A DNA stretch of 64,000 nucleotides from Sulfurovum sp. (GCA_030826885.1 JAUUDF010000018.1:415-64414); one strand, 5' to 3'; counted from the first letter of the stretch, positions 22,601 through 33,250 are shown. Notes: generated by a model not told the origin, from the letters alone. Program-made: numbers and translations.

Positions 22601-22837
22601 GGTGTAAAAATAGACCATCTTGTTATCGGTGAGGGAAGTGTTGAAGTAGGCAAGAAACTAACTGATAAAACAACGGTGATCTACATCAACGGCGATATGC
22701 CAAAAATGGAAGTGAAGTATGAGTATAGCCCGTATATTGACGTGGTGGTCGGAGCGAGTGAACGTTCGGAGTCGGTAGATGTGGTCTATAAAAATGATTT
22801 TCATACGAAAGACGGTGATATTATGCTGCGAAAATAG
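19646..22837 (+). CDS. tamB: Translocation and assembly module TamB (DUF490)
   Basis: N-terminal anchor, ISGNLLTG and C-terminal DPLKPMLD...LSSVPSL...ILSLILF...VGKKLTDK. Confidence 0.8.
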   Translation: MKKVLIIAVSLIVFMVGALVIAANSSYVLQKAFERFAPEYNLTCQSISGNLLTGVRMKGLRYANREIADEIGFRWNPVKLLSRELSVGKVTLQEVDVDTLKALAASFDANSAEPESTKEDLDTPLPFSVKVGSAHVSLKPFVEQGVAFESVKLDTSGLVYAAKSLEAKKAAIQIESNVTDMSLHASLQKRMLRLHTLFIQEIDIKAIQRLLESVEKKSSEPPKAQPQQTEQTSTLLPQKIVLEKVHIDTLPARFPPVHLHSFMVEGRNIMFDPKRLLVADGFVDLNVTTNLTSAKEHGRIRNNTFLGDIVLTPHNKLYTLYKLPLRKKAIGSVNIDFNVTKERISADVYSHAQNILQLPPNPDGNATEIRIDVDKLFSHVVVDIPHMHLRADTALEVSTPYTKQLQLENHLSFMENNFTYEGRVKTEGLKGIDANLTKPLRHLSLTYRGTIKQIDAWLDAESVEGSLHSSDFKQGALRLRTKAPIALATLFSLPQSLSEAQAGMVLEAPIDFVTPVPLHVHAQVRSNLVNADANLTYKESVTVTAHAAVPANSLLRELDPNIKWGALSPLTLQGALGANDTLTMRSKQLKAAFAMQKNSGNITGRIVLPGIEATLQGNRKDFVLIHSEVESLKTVSSAIGTFYTLKELPNIEGSFAFDMILMHDGNTSIQLRSNHIAYHAGRTTSHELDDLSLMVSKKGSEIMVNSYYCRYNGMEIYASKPSIISLKQQSLSVVQAWVNDQLKLYGDLDLGSMKGEIDAKAEKLHIAHELADADVKVDLKTLFDGNSTDIRGNVILLDGNIHYDLATKTFPSDSDIVIVKKHGADSNTSSADTLSMLVNVTTKKPLVYREGPVDVRAAAELVVHKAPDSAPMVLGTIDIVDGSSYLFQGKRFVLEKSHIYLTGDPLKPMLDLKAKYKGIKYVVTVTITGTPAVPNIMLSSVPSLEKGQILSLILFDSEEVAGTNDANSMMKMMGGAMAKSALNDLGVKIDHLVIGEGSVEVGKKLTDKTTVIYINGDMPKMEVKYEYSPYIDVVVGASERSESVDVVYKNDFHTKDGDIMLRK

Positions 22838-22908
22838 TTTAAAAGTCTCTTCATCTTAGGCGCATTACGTTATGATAGAATAAAACGGTATAAACAGGAG
22901 AGTATTTA

Positions 22909-23394
22909 ATGATTATTCATGATCACACTAAACGTTACAGAGAAGCGGAGACGATGACGGCAGCTGAAAATATTATTTGTTATGCAACGGTGTTTGATGC
23001 ACTCAACGGTCTTGTTGAGACGATGCTGCATAAAATGAGAAAAGAGAACTCTAATCCTTTTTTGATGATACTGCTTACTGCACACACTACCGAGTTGGAA
23101 ACCTTACTGAAAGAACAGAAGCGGACATCCGACATTCTCGTAAAAATTGATGATATTCATGACCACTACGCACTGATATGCCAAAATACCAATGTTGAAG
23201 GCGGTTTTAGTTTTACCGAACGTCTGCTGCGCTACCTGAAAACAGGGTTTGCCGAAGACATTTACTGTACGGCAATGGATGTAAGGTCAGGTAATCATGC
23301 TTCAAAAGAGATCATTTTTGAAATGCTCGACCTTTTCACCGAAGCGGTTGAGTCGAAAAGGGGCGGAGAAGTTGTTTTGCGTTCACTGAAGTGA
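22909..23394 (+). CDS. Hypothetical protein, possible degenerate GGDEF-like fold
   Basis: AGGAG RBS; KRTSDILVK...YALICQNTNVEGG...ERL resembles the GGDEF core without the signature. Confidence 0.55.
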   Translation: MIIHDHTKRYREAETMTAAENIICYATVFDALNGLVETMLHKMRKENSNPFLMILLTAHTTELETLLKEQKRTSDILVKIDDIHDHYALICQNTNVEGGFSFTERLLRYLKTGFAEDIYCTAMDVRSGNHASKEIIFEMLDLFTEAVESKRGGEVVLRSLK

Positions 23395-23398
23395 GGGC

Positions 23399-24538
23399 TT
23401 ATGAGAGTCTGTTCTTGAAATCTGCATATCCGAACTCCCTGACTACCTCTATTGTGCCATCGGTACGTTCAATAGCAATCGATGGCAGTTTGATGCCGTT
23501 GAAGGAGTTCGCTTTGACCATGGTATAGTGCATCTGATCTTCAAAAATAATGCAATCTCCTATCTGTAAGGGGGCATCAAAACTGTAATCACCCATAATA
23601 TCTCCTGCCAAACAGGTATTGCCGCCGAGTCTATACGTATAGGGCTTCTCCCCTGCTCTGCCGGCACCGCGTACCTCTGCACGGTAGGGCATGATGATGG
23701 TATCGGGCATATGTGCTTCTGCCGAAGTATCGAGAATGGCAATATCAATGCCGTTATGGACAATGTCGAGTACCGTTGCCTGCAGGTAGCCTGTTTCCCA
23801 GCCAATCGCTTCTCCCGGTTCAAGGTAGACTTCGACACCATACTTGGCCTTGAAGCGTTTAATGAGTGAAATGAGCTTCTCGGTGTCATACCCTTTGCGG
23901 GTAATATGGTGTCCTCCGCCAAAGTTTACCCATTTCATTTTGTCGATATAGGGAGCGAATTTTGCCTCGAAGTGTGTCAGTACCGTTTCGAGTGCATCGG
24001 CACTCTGTTCGCAGAGTGCATGAAAATGTAGCCCGTCAATCATTGGCAGCAGGGAAGCATCGAAGTTTGCAAGCGTGGTACCGAGTCTGGAATAGGGCGC
24101 ACAGGGGTTGTAAAGCTCTGCAGGTGCTTCGGAGTATTCGGGATTGATGCGAAGACCGAGTGAAAGAGCAGGATTGACTGCTTTGGCAGCTGCCCCGAAC
24201 CGTGTAAGCTGTGCGGGAGAGTTGAAGACCATATGGTGTGAGAGTGAGGCAATTTGTTCTACCTCTTCTTCTTTGTATGCGGGAGAGTAGGTGTGTACCT
24301 CTTTGCCGAACTCTTCTGAAGCGAGCAGGGCCTCATGCAGTCCGCTAGCACAGCAGCCGTCAAGTACACTGCGAAGCGTGTCGAAGCTTTTCCAGAGGGC
24401 ATAGCCTTTGAGGGCAAGCAGTATCTTCGCACCGCTTTGTTCTTTCACATAGGCGAGAGTATGAAGATTTTCAAGAAGTCTGTTCTCTTCAAGAACCCAG
24501 CAGGGAGAGGGAAGTCTATTTGGATTTTTTTCATGCAT
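23399..24538 (-). CDS. nspC: Carboxynorspermidine/carboxyspermidine decarboxylase
   Basis: LALKGY, ASGLHEA, GLHFHALCEQ, NFGGGHHIT, CLAGD and YTMVK motifs. Confidence 0.96.
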   Translation of the reverse strand: MHEKNPNRLPSPCWVLEENRLLENLHTLAYVKEQSGAKILLALKGYALWKSFDTLRSVLDGCCASGLHEALLASEEFGKEVHTYSPAYKEEEVEQIASLSHHMVFNSPAQLTRFGAAAKAVNPALSLGLRINPEYSEAPAELYNPCAPYSRLGTTLANFDASLLPMIDGLHFHALCEQSADALETVLTHFEAKFAPYIDKMKWVNFGGGHHITRKGYDTEKLISLIKRFKAKYGVEVYLEPGEAIGWETGYLQATVLDIVHNGIDIAILDTSAEAHMPDTIIMPYRAEVRGAGRAGEKPYTYRLGGNTCLAGDIMGDYSFDAPLQIGDCIIFEDQMHYTMVKANSFNGIKLPSIAIERTDGTIEVVREFGYADFKNRLS

Positions 24539-24802
24539 GTCGCATTATATCAGCAGAATGCAAAAAAATGTGACAACAGTTGAAAGTTTTGTACAGTGAA
24601 AAGAAAAAAAAGATCAAATGCAAGGAACTTGTATAGTCTTTTCAGTGTGATCGAAGAGATGTTTGAATGAAAGAAGAGAAACGAAGCAGAAGGATCTTTT
24701 TAAAACAGTTAACAGGCACACTTAGAATCCTTTAAGCCGTTTTCAGATAAAATCGCGTCCAAATATACCCACACTCATGTGGAAAATGAAGGATCATGAA
24801 AG

Positions 24803-24937
24803 ATGAAAAGAACATATCAACCCCATAACACACCGAGAAAAAGAACACACGGATTCAGAACAAGAATGAAGACCAAGAACGGAAGAAAGGTCATCGCGGC
24901 AAGAAGAGCGAAAGGCAGAAAGAGACTGGCGGTATAA
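24803..24937 (+). CDS. rpmH: 50S ribosomal protein L34 (absent from the ORF track)
   Basis: Manual translation [44 protein letters not shown]. Confidence 0.98.
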   Translation: MKRTYQPHNTPRKRTHGFRTRMKTKNGRKVIAARRAKGRKRLAV

Positions 24938-25302
24938 CCATCTCTAAGATCAAACATTTTACCCGGATAAAAACCGGTAAAGAGTTCAACAGGGTGTACA
25001 ACCGCCCTACCAAAACCTGGCACACTCCCTATTTCGTACTTTTCTATCAGCAATCAGATGTATTTAAAGTAGGGTTCGTTGCCAGTAAAAAAATCGGCAA
25101 TGCAGTGCACAGGAATATGGCGAAACGTCTTCTGCGGGCACATTTCATTGAAAATATTGACAGACTTGAAAGCGGATTTTACGTTTTGGTCGCCAAACCG
25201 GCACTTTTGGATGAAAGCTACACAAAGACTCGCAAGGCTTACCTTTATGCACTGAAAAAGTGTACTGCATTTGTACCACAACCACAACAAAATTTAACAT
25301 AG
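24934..25302 (+). CDS. rnpA: Ribonuclease P protein component; start uncertain, probably non-AUG
   Basis: [35 protein letters not shown] and position after rpmH. Confidence 0.9.
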   Translation: MTISKIKHFTRIKTGKEFNRVYNRPTKTWHTPYFVLFYQQSDVFKVGFVASKKIGNAVHRNMAKRLLRAHFIENIDRLESGFYVLVAKPALLDESYTKTRKAYLYALKKCTAFVPQPQQNLT

Positions 25303-25345
25303 TTGAGACTATACTGTCATTCTCTGAAGATATAAAGGTATTATT

Positions 25346-26965
25346 TTGGAACAACAAGATCTGAACAAACGGCTACTTCTCGCACTCGCACTCTCATTTT
25401 TGGTATTTGTCGGCTACAGTTATCTTTTTCAGCCTGCACCTGTGCCTCCGGCAGAGCAGAACACAACCATAAAACAATCTGCCGCAGCCGATAAGGCGGT
25501 ACCGTCACTGGCAGTCTCGTCATCTGCCACACCGGCCGCCTCTGCTTCGCACGCTGCCAAAGCACCCAAATCGGTGGAAAAAGCACTCACGACTATTGTC
25601 TCTCCTACGTTCAAGATGACTATTGACGAACTGGGCCGTATTGCGCAGTTTGAACTTCTGGAGAAGAAATATCAAAATGCAGAAGGTCACAACCTTCAGA
25701 TTCTCGGTGCCAATGTCGCCAAGCCGCTGGAGATGCGTTTTGGTGATGCCATTTTGAACGAAGAAGCGTTCAACACACCTTACCGTACTTCTGCTGCCGG
25801 CACGGTAGAAATAGACAAGCAGCCCGTTAACCTTACGCTGACACAGGAACTCTCGGGTATGACCGTGACAAAAACACTGACCGTACAGCCTAACGGTGCG
25901 TACAGTGTCACAGTGACAACATCGAAGAAAGTACCATACTTCATTACACCGGGTCACAGACCTATGGCAGACTCGTCAAACTATATACTCGTTCGCGGTG
26001 CTCTCATCAAAGGTGCCGATGGTGTCATTACAACCATCGAGGACGGCGATGCAAAAGGTGATGAGGTATTCAAGCATGCAAGAATCGCTTCGGCGTTTGA
26101 CCGTTATGTAGCGAGTATGTTCTATGACTTCAAAGAGGGAATGGATGTCTCCATTCTTAAAGAAGCCAATGGGGATCCGCTGATCTTCGTGGAAGGCAAA
26201 CCAGAACTGAGCATAGGCGGTTACATAGGTCCCAAGGAATACACGACACTTAAAGCGATCAACCCTGAACTGACCGATGCCATCGAGTTTGGATGGTTTA
26301 CGTTCCTCTCCAAACCGTTCTTTAAGGTACTGCTCTGGATCCACCATGCCATCGGCAACTGGGGTTGGGCGATCATTCTCTTTACCCTGCTGGTGAAGCT
26401 GGTGCTCTTCCCTCTCTCTTACAAGGGAATGATGTCTATGCAGAAGCTCAAGGACCTTGCACCGAAGATGAAGGATCTGAGACAGAAGTATAAGGATGAT
26501 CCAGCAAAACTGAATATGAAGATGATGGAGATGTATAAAAAACACGGGGCAAACCCAATGGGTGGATGTCTACCGATGTTGCTTCAAATTCCTGTCTTCT
26601 TTGCGCTCTACCGTGTGCTGCTCAATGCAGATGAACTGCAGGGTGCCGTATGGATTCCGGGTTGGATAGAGAACCTTGCTGCAGCGGATCCGTATTATAT
26701 TCTGCCTGTACTGATGGGTGTGACAATGTGGTTCCAGCAGAAGATTACGCCAAACAACTTTACCGATCCGATGCAGGAGAAGATATTTAAATGGTTCCCT
26801 GTGCTGATGGCGGGTATGTTCATCATTATGCCTTTCCCGTCAGGTCTGGTACTCTACTGGGTGGTAAACAACATCTTTACCATCGGTCAGCAGTATATTA
26901 TTAATGCTGCCTACCAAAAACAGAAAGCTGTAGCAGCAGAGGCGAAGGGCAAGGAAACGAAATGA
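25346..26965 (+). CDS. yidC: Membrane protein insertase
   Basis: GNWGWAII, NPMGGCLPMLLQIPVFFALY and PSGLVLYW motifs. Confidence 0.98.
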   Translation: MEQQDLNKRLLLALALSFLVFVGYSYLFQPAPVPPAEQNTTIKQSAAADKAVPSLAVSSSATPAASASHAAKAPKSVEKALTTIVSPTFKMTIDELGRIAQFELLEKKYQNAEGHNLQILGANVAKPLEMRFGDAILNEEAFNTPYRTSAAGTVEIDKQPVNLTLTQELSGMTVTKTLTVQPNGAYSVTVTTSKKVPYFITPGHRPMADSSNYILVRGALIKGADGVITTIEDGDAKGDEVFKHARIASAFDRYVASMFYDFKEGMDVSILKEANGDPLIFVEGKPELSIGGYIGPKEYTTLKAINPELTDAIEFGWFTFLSKPFFKVLLWIHHAIGNWGWAIILFTLLVKLVLFPLSYKGMMSMQKLKDLAPKMKDLRQKYKDDPAKLNMKMMEMYKKHGANPMGGCLPMLLQIPVFFALYRVLLNADELQGAVWIPGWIENLAAADPYYILPVLMGVTMWFQQKITPNNFTDPMQEKIFKWFPVLMAGMFIIMPFPSGLVLYWVVNNIFTIGQQYIINAAYQKQKAVAAEAKGKETK

Positions 26966-27792
26966 CCAAAGTAGAAGCAGCAACACTTGAAGAGGCGTAT
27001 GAGCTCGCTGCTGCACAACTTTGCTGTTCGGTCACAGAACTTCAATATGAGGTTGTGCAGTATCCTTCAAAAGGTATTTTGGGACTTTTTGGAAAAAAAG
27101 CGATCATCGTTGCAACTGTTAAAAGCCAACCAAAGCCGCCATCCAAGCCTCAAACACAGCAGACGCTTGAAGAGGAAGTTGCTTCGGAAATTGTGACTTC
27201 ACTCAAAGAAGAAGCAACCCCCGTCGCAGAGGAAACGGAAGTACATGCTGAAACGAAGGACAGTAGCGATGCCATCGTAGAAGAGTTCTTTGACGTTGAA
27301 ACGGCAGAAGAGGAGCCCTTTGTAGACCGTGAACTCTCCCAGTCCATAGAAGAGAGTCTGAAAAGACTCTTTGAAGTCTCCTGTTTCGACATCGATGTGG
27401 TTGAGGTGGATGTAATCGACAATACGGCACTGATCTTCATTGACGGTGAGGATGCGGCACTGCTCATAGGCAAAGAGGGCTACCGTTACAATGCACTCTC
27501 CTACATGCTCTTTAACTGGCTGCATGCGAAATACCAGCTCTATATCAAACTCGAAATTGCCGAGTTTTTAACCTCTCAACAGGAGATGATCCGCAATTAC
27601 ATCAAGCCGGTCATTGAAAATGTCGAGAAGTATGGCAAAGGAAAAACCCGTTTTCTTGACGGCATACTGGTTCAGATTGCGCTGGAGCAGCTCAGAGAGG
27701 CCTTCCCGGACAAATATGTGGCTGTCAAAACGGCCAAGTCCGGCAAGAAGTTCGTCGTTATCAACGAATTCCATACAAAGCCCCATGCATAG
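26962..27792 (+). CDS. jag: Jag/EloR (KhpB) RNA-binding protein
   Basis: Jag-N domain (PSKGILGLFGKK), KH LLIGKEG and position between yidC and mnmE. Confidence 0.88.
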   Translation: MTKVEAATLEEAYELAAAQLCCSVTELQYEVVQYPSKGILGLFGKKAIIVATVKSQPKPPSKPQTQQTLEEEVASEIVTSLKEEATPVAEETEVHAETKDSSDAIVEEFFDVETAEEEPFVDRELSQSIEESLKRLFEVSCFDIDVVEVDVIDNTALIFIDGEDAALLIGKEGYRYNALSYMLFNWLHAKYQLYIKLEIAEFLTSQQEMIRNYIKPVIENVEKYGKGKTRFLDGILVQIALEQLREAFPDKYVAVKTAKSGKKFVVINEFHTKPHA

Positions 27793-29125
27793 CACTATTG
27801 CCGCCATTGCAACCGCACATGGTGTCTCCTCCATTTCCATTATCCGCATCAGCGGAAGCGCATCACTTACTATTGCAAAACAGGTCTCGAAAAAAGAAAA
27901 AATACTTCCCCGGCATGCCCATTTGAGTTCTCTCTATACCCATGAAGGTACATTGATAGACCAGGCGATCATGATCTATTTTGCTGCGCCCAACAGCTTT
28001 ACGGGGGAGGATATTGTAGAGTTTCAGTGCCACGGCGGCATGATCGTAGCACAGGAGATACTCGATACAGTACTGGCATACGGAGCACGCCTTGCGCAGC
28101 CGGGTGAATTTTCCAAAAGAGCCTTCCTTAACGGAAAAATCGACCTTAGTGAAGCCGAGGCGATTTCCAAGCTGATCGAGGCGAAGAGTGTGGATGCCGC
28201 GAAGATCCTTGCCAAGCAGATGAAGGGGCAGCTGAGAGAATTCGTTGAGGAGAGTCGTGAAGCGCTGCTGCGTTCACTTGCCTATTCGGAGGTGATGATA
28301 GACTATGCCGAGGAGGATATTCCCGAAGATATTATGCATACGATTCTTGGTCAGCTCGATGCACTGACAAAGCAGATGGAGTGTATTGTCGATGCAAGTC
28401 ACCGCAGAAGAGGGCTCATTGAAGGCTTCAGGGTTGCCATTGTCGGCAAACCCAATGTCGGTAAAAGTTCTCTACTCAATGCACTGCTTTCGTATGAACG
28501 TGCCATCGTCAGTGACATTGCCGGTACGACACGTGATACAATCGAGGAGCAGGTACGCATCGGATCACATATTATCCGCCTGGTCGATACGGCAGGGATT
28601 CGTGACTCTGAAGATACGATCGAGAAGATCGGTATTGAACGTTCAATGCATTCGGTTGAAGATGCGGATGTCATCATTGCCCTTTTTGACGGCAGCAGGG
28701 CATTTGACGAAGAGGATGCCAAGATTGTTGAAATTGTCGAAAACTTGAAAGATACCCATGTGATCGCAGCGATCAACAAATCGGATCTTCCATCCCGCTT
28801 TGAGAAAGCGAAAATCGCCTATCTGAACCCTATTGAAGTGAGTGCGAAGAAAGGGTTTTCCAGCCTGACCGAAGCGCTTGAAAAGCTGCTCGATTCGGTA
28901 GGAGAGGGAGAGGAGCTGATGCTTGTCTCAGCAAGGCAGATCGATGCCGTAACACAGGCGCAGCATTCGATTAAAGAGGCGAAAATACCGCTGCTCTCAG
29001 GCGAACTGGAATTTTTCTCCTACCATCTGCAAGAAGCTGTCAAGGCAATTTCGTCTATCTCAAAGCCTTATGACAGTGAAGAAATACTAGACAAAATGTT
29101 TGGGGAGTTCTGTCTTGGAAAATAG
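27785..29125 (+). CDS. mnmE: tRNA modification GTPase
   Basis: TIAAIAT, SFTGED, GEFSKRAFLNGK, GKPNVGKSS, DTAG and FCLGK motifs. Confidence 0.98.
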   Translation: MHSTIAAIATAHGVSSISIIRISGSASLTIAKQVSKKEKILPRHAHLSSLYTHEGTLIDQAIMIYFAAPNSFTGEDIVEFQCHGGMIVAQEILDTVLAYGARLAQPGEFSKRAFLNGKIDLSEAEAISKLIEAKSVDAAKILAKQMKGQLREFVEESREALLRSLAYSEVMIDYAEEDIPEDIMHTILGQLDALTKQMECIVDASHRRRGLIEGFRVAIVGKPNVGKSSLLNALLSYERAIVSDIAGTTRDTIEEQVRIGSHIIRLVDTAGIRDSEDTIEKIGIERSMHSVEDADVIIALFDGSRAFDEEDAKIVEIVENLKDTHVIAAINKSDLPSRFEKAKIAYLNPIEVSAKKGFSSLTEALEKLLDSVGEGEELMLVSARQIDAVTQAQHSIKEAKIPLLSGELEFFSYHLQEAVKAISSISKPYDSEEILDKMFGEFCLGK

Positions 29126-29174
29126 TCTGCAGCACTGGATGGCACTGTTGAAAAAAGCCATAACTGACGGTGAG

Positions 29175-29465
29175 ATGGAAGTTTACCTTTTCATTGTGCT
29201 TTTGCTCTTTACACTCTGGTTCATACGCAGTACCGTCAAGTACTATTTTGGAGAAAAACGCAAGCTCAAACAGATGCACCGCTTTGCCAGAGAGGGTGAT
29301 CTGGAAGCGCAGCAGCATCTGGCACAGCGCTACAGAAAAGGTGACATGCTTCCCAAAAGCTGTGAACGTGCGGCATACTGGTATCAGAAAGCGGCATTGG
29401 CGGGAGACGAAGAGGCGAAAGGTTTTCTTGAAACATTTCTTGAAAAGAAGAAAAAGAAGTGTTGA
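29175..29465 (+). CDS. Membrane-anchored Sel1/TPR repeat protein
   Basis: TM helix followed by AQQHLAQRY..G......ERAAYWYQKAALAG. Confidence 0.8.
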   Translation: MEVYLFIVLLLFTLWFIRSTVKYYFGEKRKLKQMHRFAREGDLEAQQHLAQRYRKGDMLPKSCERAAYWYQKAALAGDEEAKGFLETFLEKKKKKC

Positions 29466-29541
29466 ATGAATGAATGAAGGTAATAATGCATAGATGTTCT
29501 CATGCTATAATATGCAAAAAAATGATCTTAAGGATATGCTG

Positions 29542-30174
29542 ATGAGAAGAGTACTAATGGCAATGGCAGGGACATTACTGGTTTTTTGGTTGACAGGGTG
29601 TGTAGAGAGAGGTTTGCCTGCGCTGCCTGGTGATAGCGGATATTCTCATGGATGGAGCAGTGCGGAAGAGAAAGAGAATATCGATATCTCCGATCTGGAC
29701 AAAAACCTGACTGAAAGTGAAACGGTCATTACGGAAGAGAATGCAAAAGTCGCACGTATTCCTTTCCCGGTTGAAGAGTATGCACGTCTTCCCAAAATGG
29801 GAAAAGGAACCATCAAAGGACAGATCTATCTGATGGATGGCTATGACAGAAAAGTTTTCGGCAGAGGGACAAGACTTTACCTTAACCCCAAAACAAGCTA
29901 TTCCGACCAGTGGTACGAAGAGAGCTATATCGGCGGGCACAAAATGCAAAAGGCGGACAACAGGCTCTTTAACTACCTGCGCTTTACCTCCTCTGACCAG
30001 AACGGGAACTTTGCCTTTTACGGGGTACCCTCAGGGAGCTATTATCTGATCGGTACGGTCACCTGCGGTACGGAGTGCGGCTATGACAGACCGACACAGC
30101 GCAGGATCGCAACACTTGTAACAGTCAAAGGTAATCAGATTGTGCAGAAAGACCTTTCCGGGCAGATGTACTGA
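29542..30174 (+). CDS. Lipoprotein with carboxypeptidase-regulatory-like beta-sandwich domain
   Basis: Lipobox LTGC; GTIKGQ and SDQNGNFAFYGVPSGSYYL. Confidence 0.7.
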   Translation: MRRVLMAMAGTLLVFWLTGCVERGLPALPGDSGYSHGWSSAEEKENIDISDLDKNLTESETVITEENAKVARIPFPVEEYARLPKMGKGTIKGQIYLMDGYDRKVFGRGTRLYLNPKTSYSDQWYEESYIGGHKMQKADNRLFNYLRFTSSDQNGNFAFYGVPSGSYYLIGTVTCGTECGYDRPTQRRIATLVTVKGNQIVQKDLSGQMY

Positions 30175-30192
30175 TACGATACACCTGTCGTA

Positions 30193-30873
30193 TCATGAAC
30201 CCGGATATGCCTCTTCGAGTTTTTCGTAGAGCTCTTTGGGGGTAATGTCGCAGTAACTATCGAGAATGCGCTGCATGGTGACATTGTCCTCTTCCCCGTT
30301 CCACAGTTTAATGTAGCTTCCCTCTTTGTAGCCGTGATCCTGTCTGAACTGATTGAGAATATTCTTACCGATATAGAGTTTGTAGAGACTCTCAAGGTTG
30401 AGTCCCGACTGCATAGCAACATCGAAAAATGCCTCTATGAGCCTCTCTGTCGATGCCTCACAAAAGAGGATGCGCATGAGTGATTCGACTACCTCTATTT
30501 GAGCATAGTAGTCTTTGTCTGACGGTGTCGCCTCTTTGCAAAAGGCTTCAAAGTTGGCAAGTGCAGCTATGTTGTCTGCCAGTACATCCATACTTCCGAG
30601 CGCTTTGTTCTTGTAGTCGGCGAGTGCCTGCGACATGATAAAGTGCCAGATGTCCACCGTTTCTATTTTGATGTTTTCGTAATCGGGCTCTGCATCGATA
30701 TTTTTCCAGTGTTTCCACGGATAGCTTTCAATCAGTTCCGCACACTCGAGATAGGTACACCGTTTCCAGTCGATACGCTTGTTGTTTTTGGTAATGCCTT
30801 TTTCCCACCCCTCGCCGTTTGTTGCGTCGTTGAGCTGCTGCTGAAGTTTGAGCATTTGGAGTATTTTGTTCAT
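30193..30873 (-). CDS. dut: Dimeric all-alpha dUTP diphosphatase
   Basis: ECAELIESYPWKHWK, ETVDIWHF and KNILNQFRQDHGY motifs. Confidence 0.92.
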   Translation of the reverse strand: MNKILQMLKLQQQLNDATNGEGWEKGITKNNKRIDWKRCTYLECAELIESYPWKHWKNIDAEPDYENIKIETVDIWHFIMSQALADYKNKALGSMDVLADNIAALANFEAFCKEATPSDKDYYAQIEVVESLMRILFCEASTERLIEAFFDVAMQSGLNLESLYKLYIGKNILNQFRQDHGYKEGSYIKLWNGEEDNVTMQRILDSYCDITPKELYEKLEEAYPGS

Positions 30874-31018
30874 TGTGTTGCCTTGAGTCTGTTTGTATGT
30901 GATTATACAGAAATATTAATTACAGGTGAGCTTGCAGCAGCAGACCCACACAGCGCATATTTAGCACATTTTGAGTAAAATATACCCCTTATTCTACCCC
31001 TTGCAAAGGACACATTTT

Positions 31019-33250
31019 ATGTCACAACCAATAGACAATTTAGATGAAGTACTCAAGAATCACAAGCTCTCCAAAGAGGAGTATGAAGACATTCTGCGCA
31101 TTCTTGACGGCAGACATCCCAACATCGTCGAGATAGGCATTTTCTCCGCGATGTGGTCGGAACACTGTTCGTACAAATCGAGCAAGAAATATCTCAACGG
31201 TTTTCCTACCAAAGCGCCGTGGGTCATTCAGGGACCGGGTGAGAATGCCGGGGTCATCGACATCGGTGACGGTATGGCAGCGGTATTCAAAATGGAAAGC
31301 CACAACCACCCTTCCTACATCGAACCTTTTCAGGGAGCTGCAACCGGTGTAGGCGGCATTTTGCGTGACATTTTTACCATGGGTGCACGACCGGTAGCCA
31401 ATCTCAATGCACTGCGTTTCGGAAAGGTCAGAGGCAATGACGAGACAGCGAAGTACCAGAGACACCTGGTACGCGGTGTGGTTGACGGTATCGGAAGTTA
31501 CGGTAACTGTATGGGGGTACCGACTATCGGTGGTGAAGTGAGCTTCGACGAGAGCTACAACGGCAATATCCTTGTCAATGCATTTTCTCTGGGGCTGGTG
31601 AAGAGTGACGAGATCTTCCTTGGGGTGGCTTCAGGGGTAGGCAACCCTGTGATGTATGTCGGTTCCAAAACAGGACGTGACGGACTGGGCGGAGCTGTGA
31701 TGAGTTCAGACAGCTTTACCGAAGAGTCGAAGTCGCTCAGACCGACGGTGCAGGTAGGTGACCCGTTTACCGAAAAACTGCTGCTTGAAGCGTGTCTGGA
31801 GCTTTTCAAGACCGATGCGATTGTGGGTATTCAGGATATGGGTGCGGCAGGACTGACCTCTTCGAGCTTTGAAATGGCAGGGAAAACCGGTGCGGGACTG
31901 CGTATGGATCTGGACAAAGTGCCTGCCCGTGAAGAGGGTATGACACCTTATGATTTTATGCTCTCCGAGTCTCAGGAGCGTATGCTTATCTGTGCGAAGA
32001 AGGGCAGAGAGCAGGAGATCATTGACATCTTTGAGAAGTGGGAACTCGATGTTGCAGTCATCGGTGAGGTGACCGATACCGCGCGTATGGAGCTTTTCTG
32101 GCACGGTGAGAAAGTATGTGATATGCCTATCGCTCCTGTCAGTGAAGAGGCGCCGATCCTTGACCGTCCGACCAAGCGCCCTGTATATCTCGACGAAGTC
32201 AATGCAAAAAGTGTACACGATTTTGAACCGGTCAGTGACCAGGAAGCCTATGAAAAACTGCTCTCTTCACTTGAGGTAGTGGACAAGGCGTGGGTCTACA
32301 ACCAGTATGACTCCATGGTTCAGACCAATACCACCAAGCATCCGGGAAGTCTCGATGCCTCGGCGATCCGCGTCAAAGAGAATGGCAAAGCACTGGCGAT
32401 GAGCAGTGACTGTAACCCGCGCTACTGTTACATAGACCCCAAGGGCGGTGCGGCACTGGCAGTGGTAGAGTCGGGACGTAACGTTGCGATGACAGGTGCA
32501 CGTCCACTCTCCATTACCGACTGCCTCAACTACGGTAACCCGGAAAACCCAGAAGTCATGTGGCAGTTCGCGCAGGGCTGTGAAGGGATCAAAGAGGCGT
32601 GTCAGGCGCTCAATACACCGGTTGTCTCCGGTAACGTCTCCCTGTATAACGAGACCAACGGTGTCTCCGTCTTCCCTACCCCTGCCATCGCGATGGTCGG
32701 GCTTAATGACGATGAGAACAAGGTACTGCCTTCGGCATTCCAGAAGGCGGGATCACACGTTATTCTTGTCGGCAAGACCAAAGGGGAGTTTGGCGGTTCA
32801 CTCTATATCAAAGAGCTCTACGGAGAGACGGTCGGAAAACTGCCGAGCTTCGACTACGAAGAGGAGCTGAAACTTTGGGAACTGGTCATCGAAGCGAACA
32901 AGGCGGGGTTGATCGCCTCCGCGAAAGATGTCAACCTCGGCGGTATCGCCATCGCACTGAGCAAGATGGCAGCGGTGGGCAACATCGGTGTGCGTGTCGA
33001 TATGGAGGATGAACTCAAAGCGAGCCGTGATATCTTCGATGAATCTCAGAGCCGTGCGCTGCTTGAAGTGGAGACTGTCGAGAAACTCGACGAACTGATG
33101 GCGCTGGCACGCAAAATCGGCATCAAAGCGGAGGTTATCGGTACAGTAGGCGGTGATGAGGTGAAGATAGACGAGATCGTCATGCCGCTGGAGAAGGTGA
33201 AGGATATCTATTTCAATACCTTTGCCAGAACGATTGAGCAGGATCTGTAA
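31019..33250 (+). CDS. purL: Phosphoribosylformylglycinamidine synthase subunit PurL
   Basis: [24 protein letters not shown] and LSESQERM motifs. Confidence 0.98.
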   Translation: MSQPIDNLDEVLKNHKLSKEEYEDILRILDGRHPNIVEIGIFSAMWSEHCSYKSSKKYLNGFPTKAPWVIQGPGENAGVIDIGDGMAAVFKMESHNHPSYIEPFQGAATGVGGILRDIFTMGARPVANLNALRFGKVRGNDETAKYQRHLVRGVVDGIGSYGNCMGVPTIGGEVSFDESYNGNILVNAFSLGLVKSDEIFLGVASGVGNPVMYVGSKTGRDGLGGAVMSSDSFTEESKSLRPTVQVGDPFTEKLLLEACLELFKTDAIVGIQDMGAAGLTSSSFEMAGKTGAGLRMDLDKVPAREEGMTPYDFMLSESQERMLICAKKGREQEIIDIFEKWELDVAVIGEVTDTARMELFWHGEKVCDMPIAPVSEEAPILDRPTKRPVYLDEVNAKSVHDFEPVSDQEAYEKLLSSLEVVDKAWVYNQYDSMVQTNTTKHPGSLDASAIRVKENGKALAMSSDCNPRYCYIDPKGGAALAVVESGRNVAMTGARPLSITDCLNYGNPENPEVMWQFAQGCEGIKEACQALNTPVVSGNVSLYNETNGVSVFPTPAIAMVGLNDDENKVLPSAFQKAGSHVILVGKTKGEFGGSLYIKELYGETVGKLPSFDYEEELKLWELVIEANKAGLIASAKDVNLGGIAIALSKMAAVGNIGVRVDMEDELKASRDIFDESQSRALLEVETVEKLDELMALARKIGIKAEVIGTVGGDEVKIDEIVMPLEKVKDIYFNTFARTIEQDL

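Noticed and set aside
29463-29478. (TGAA)4 microsatellite
   Set aside because: Short, essentially intergenic, and no evidence of function
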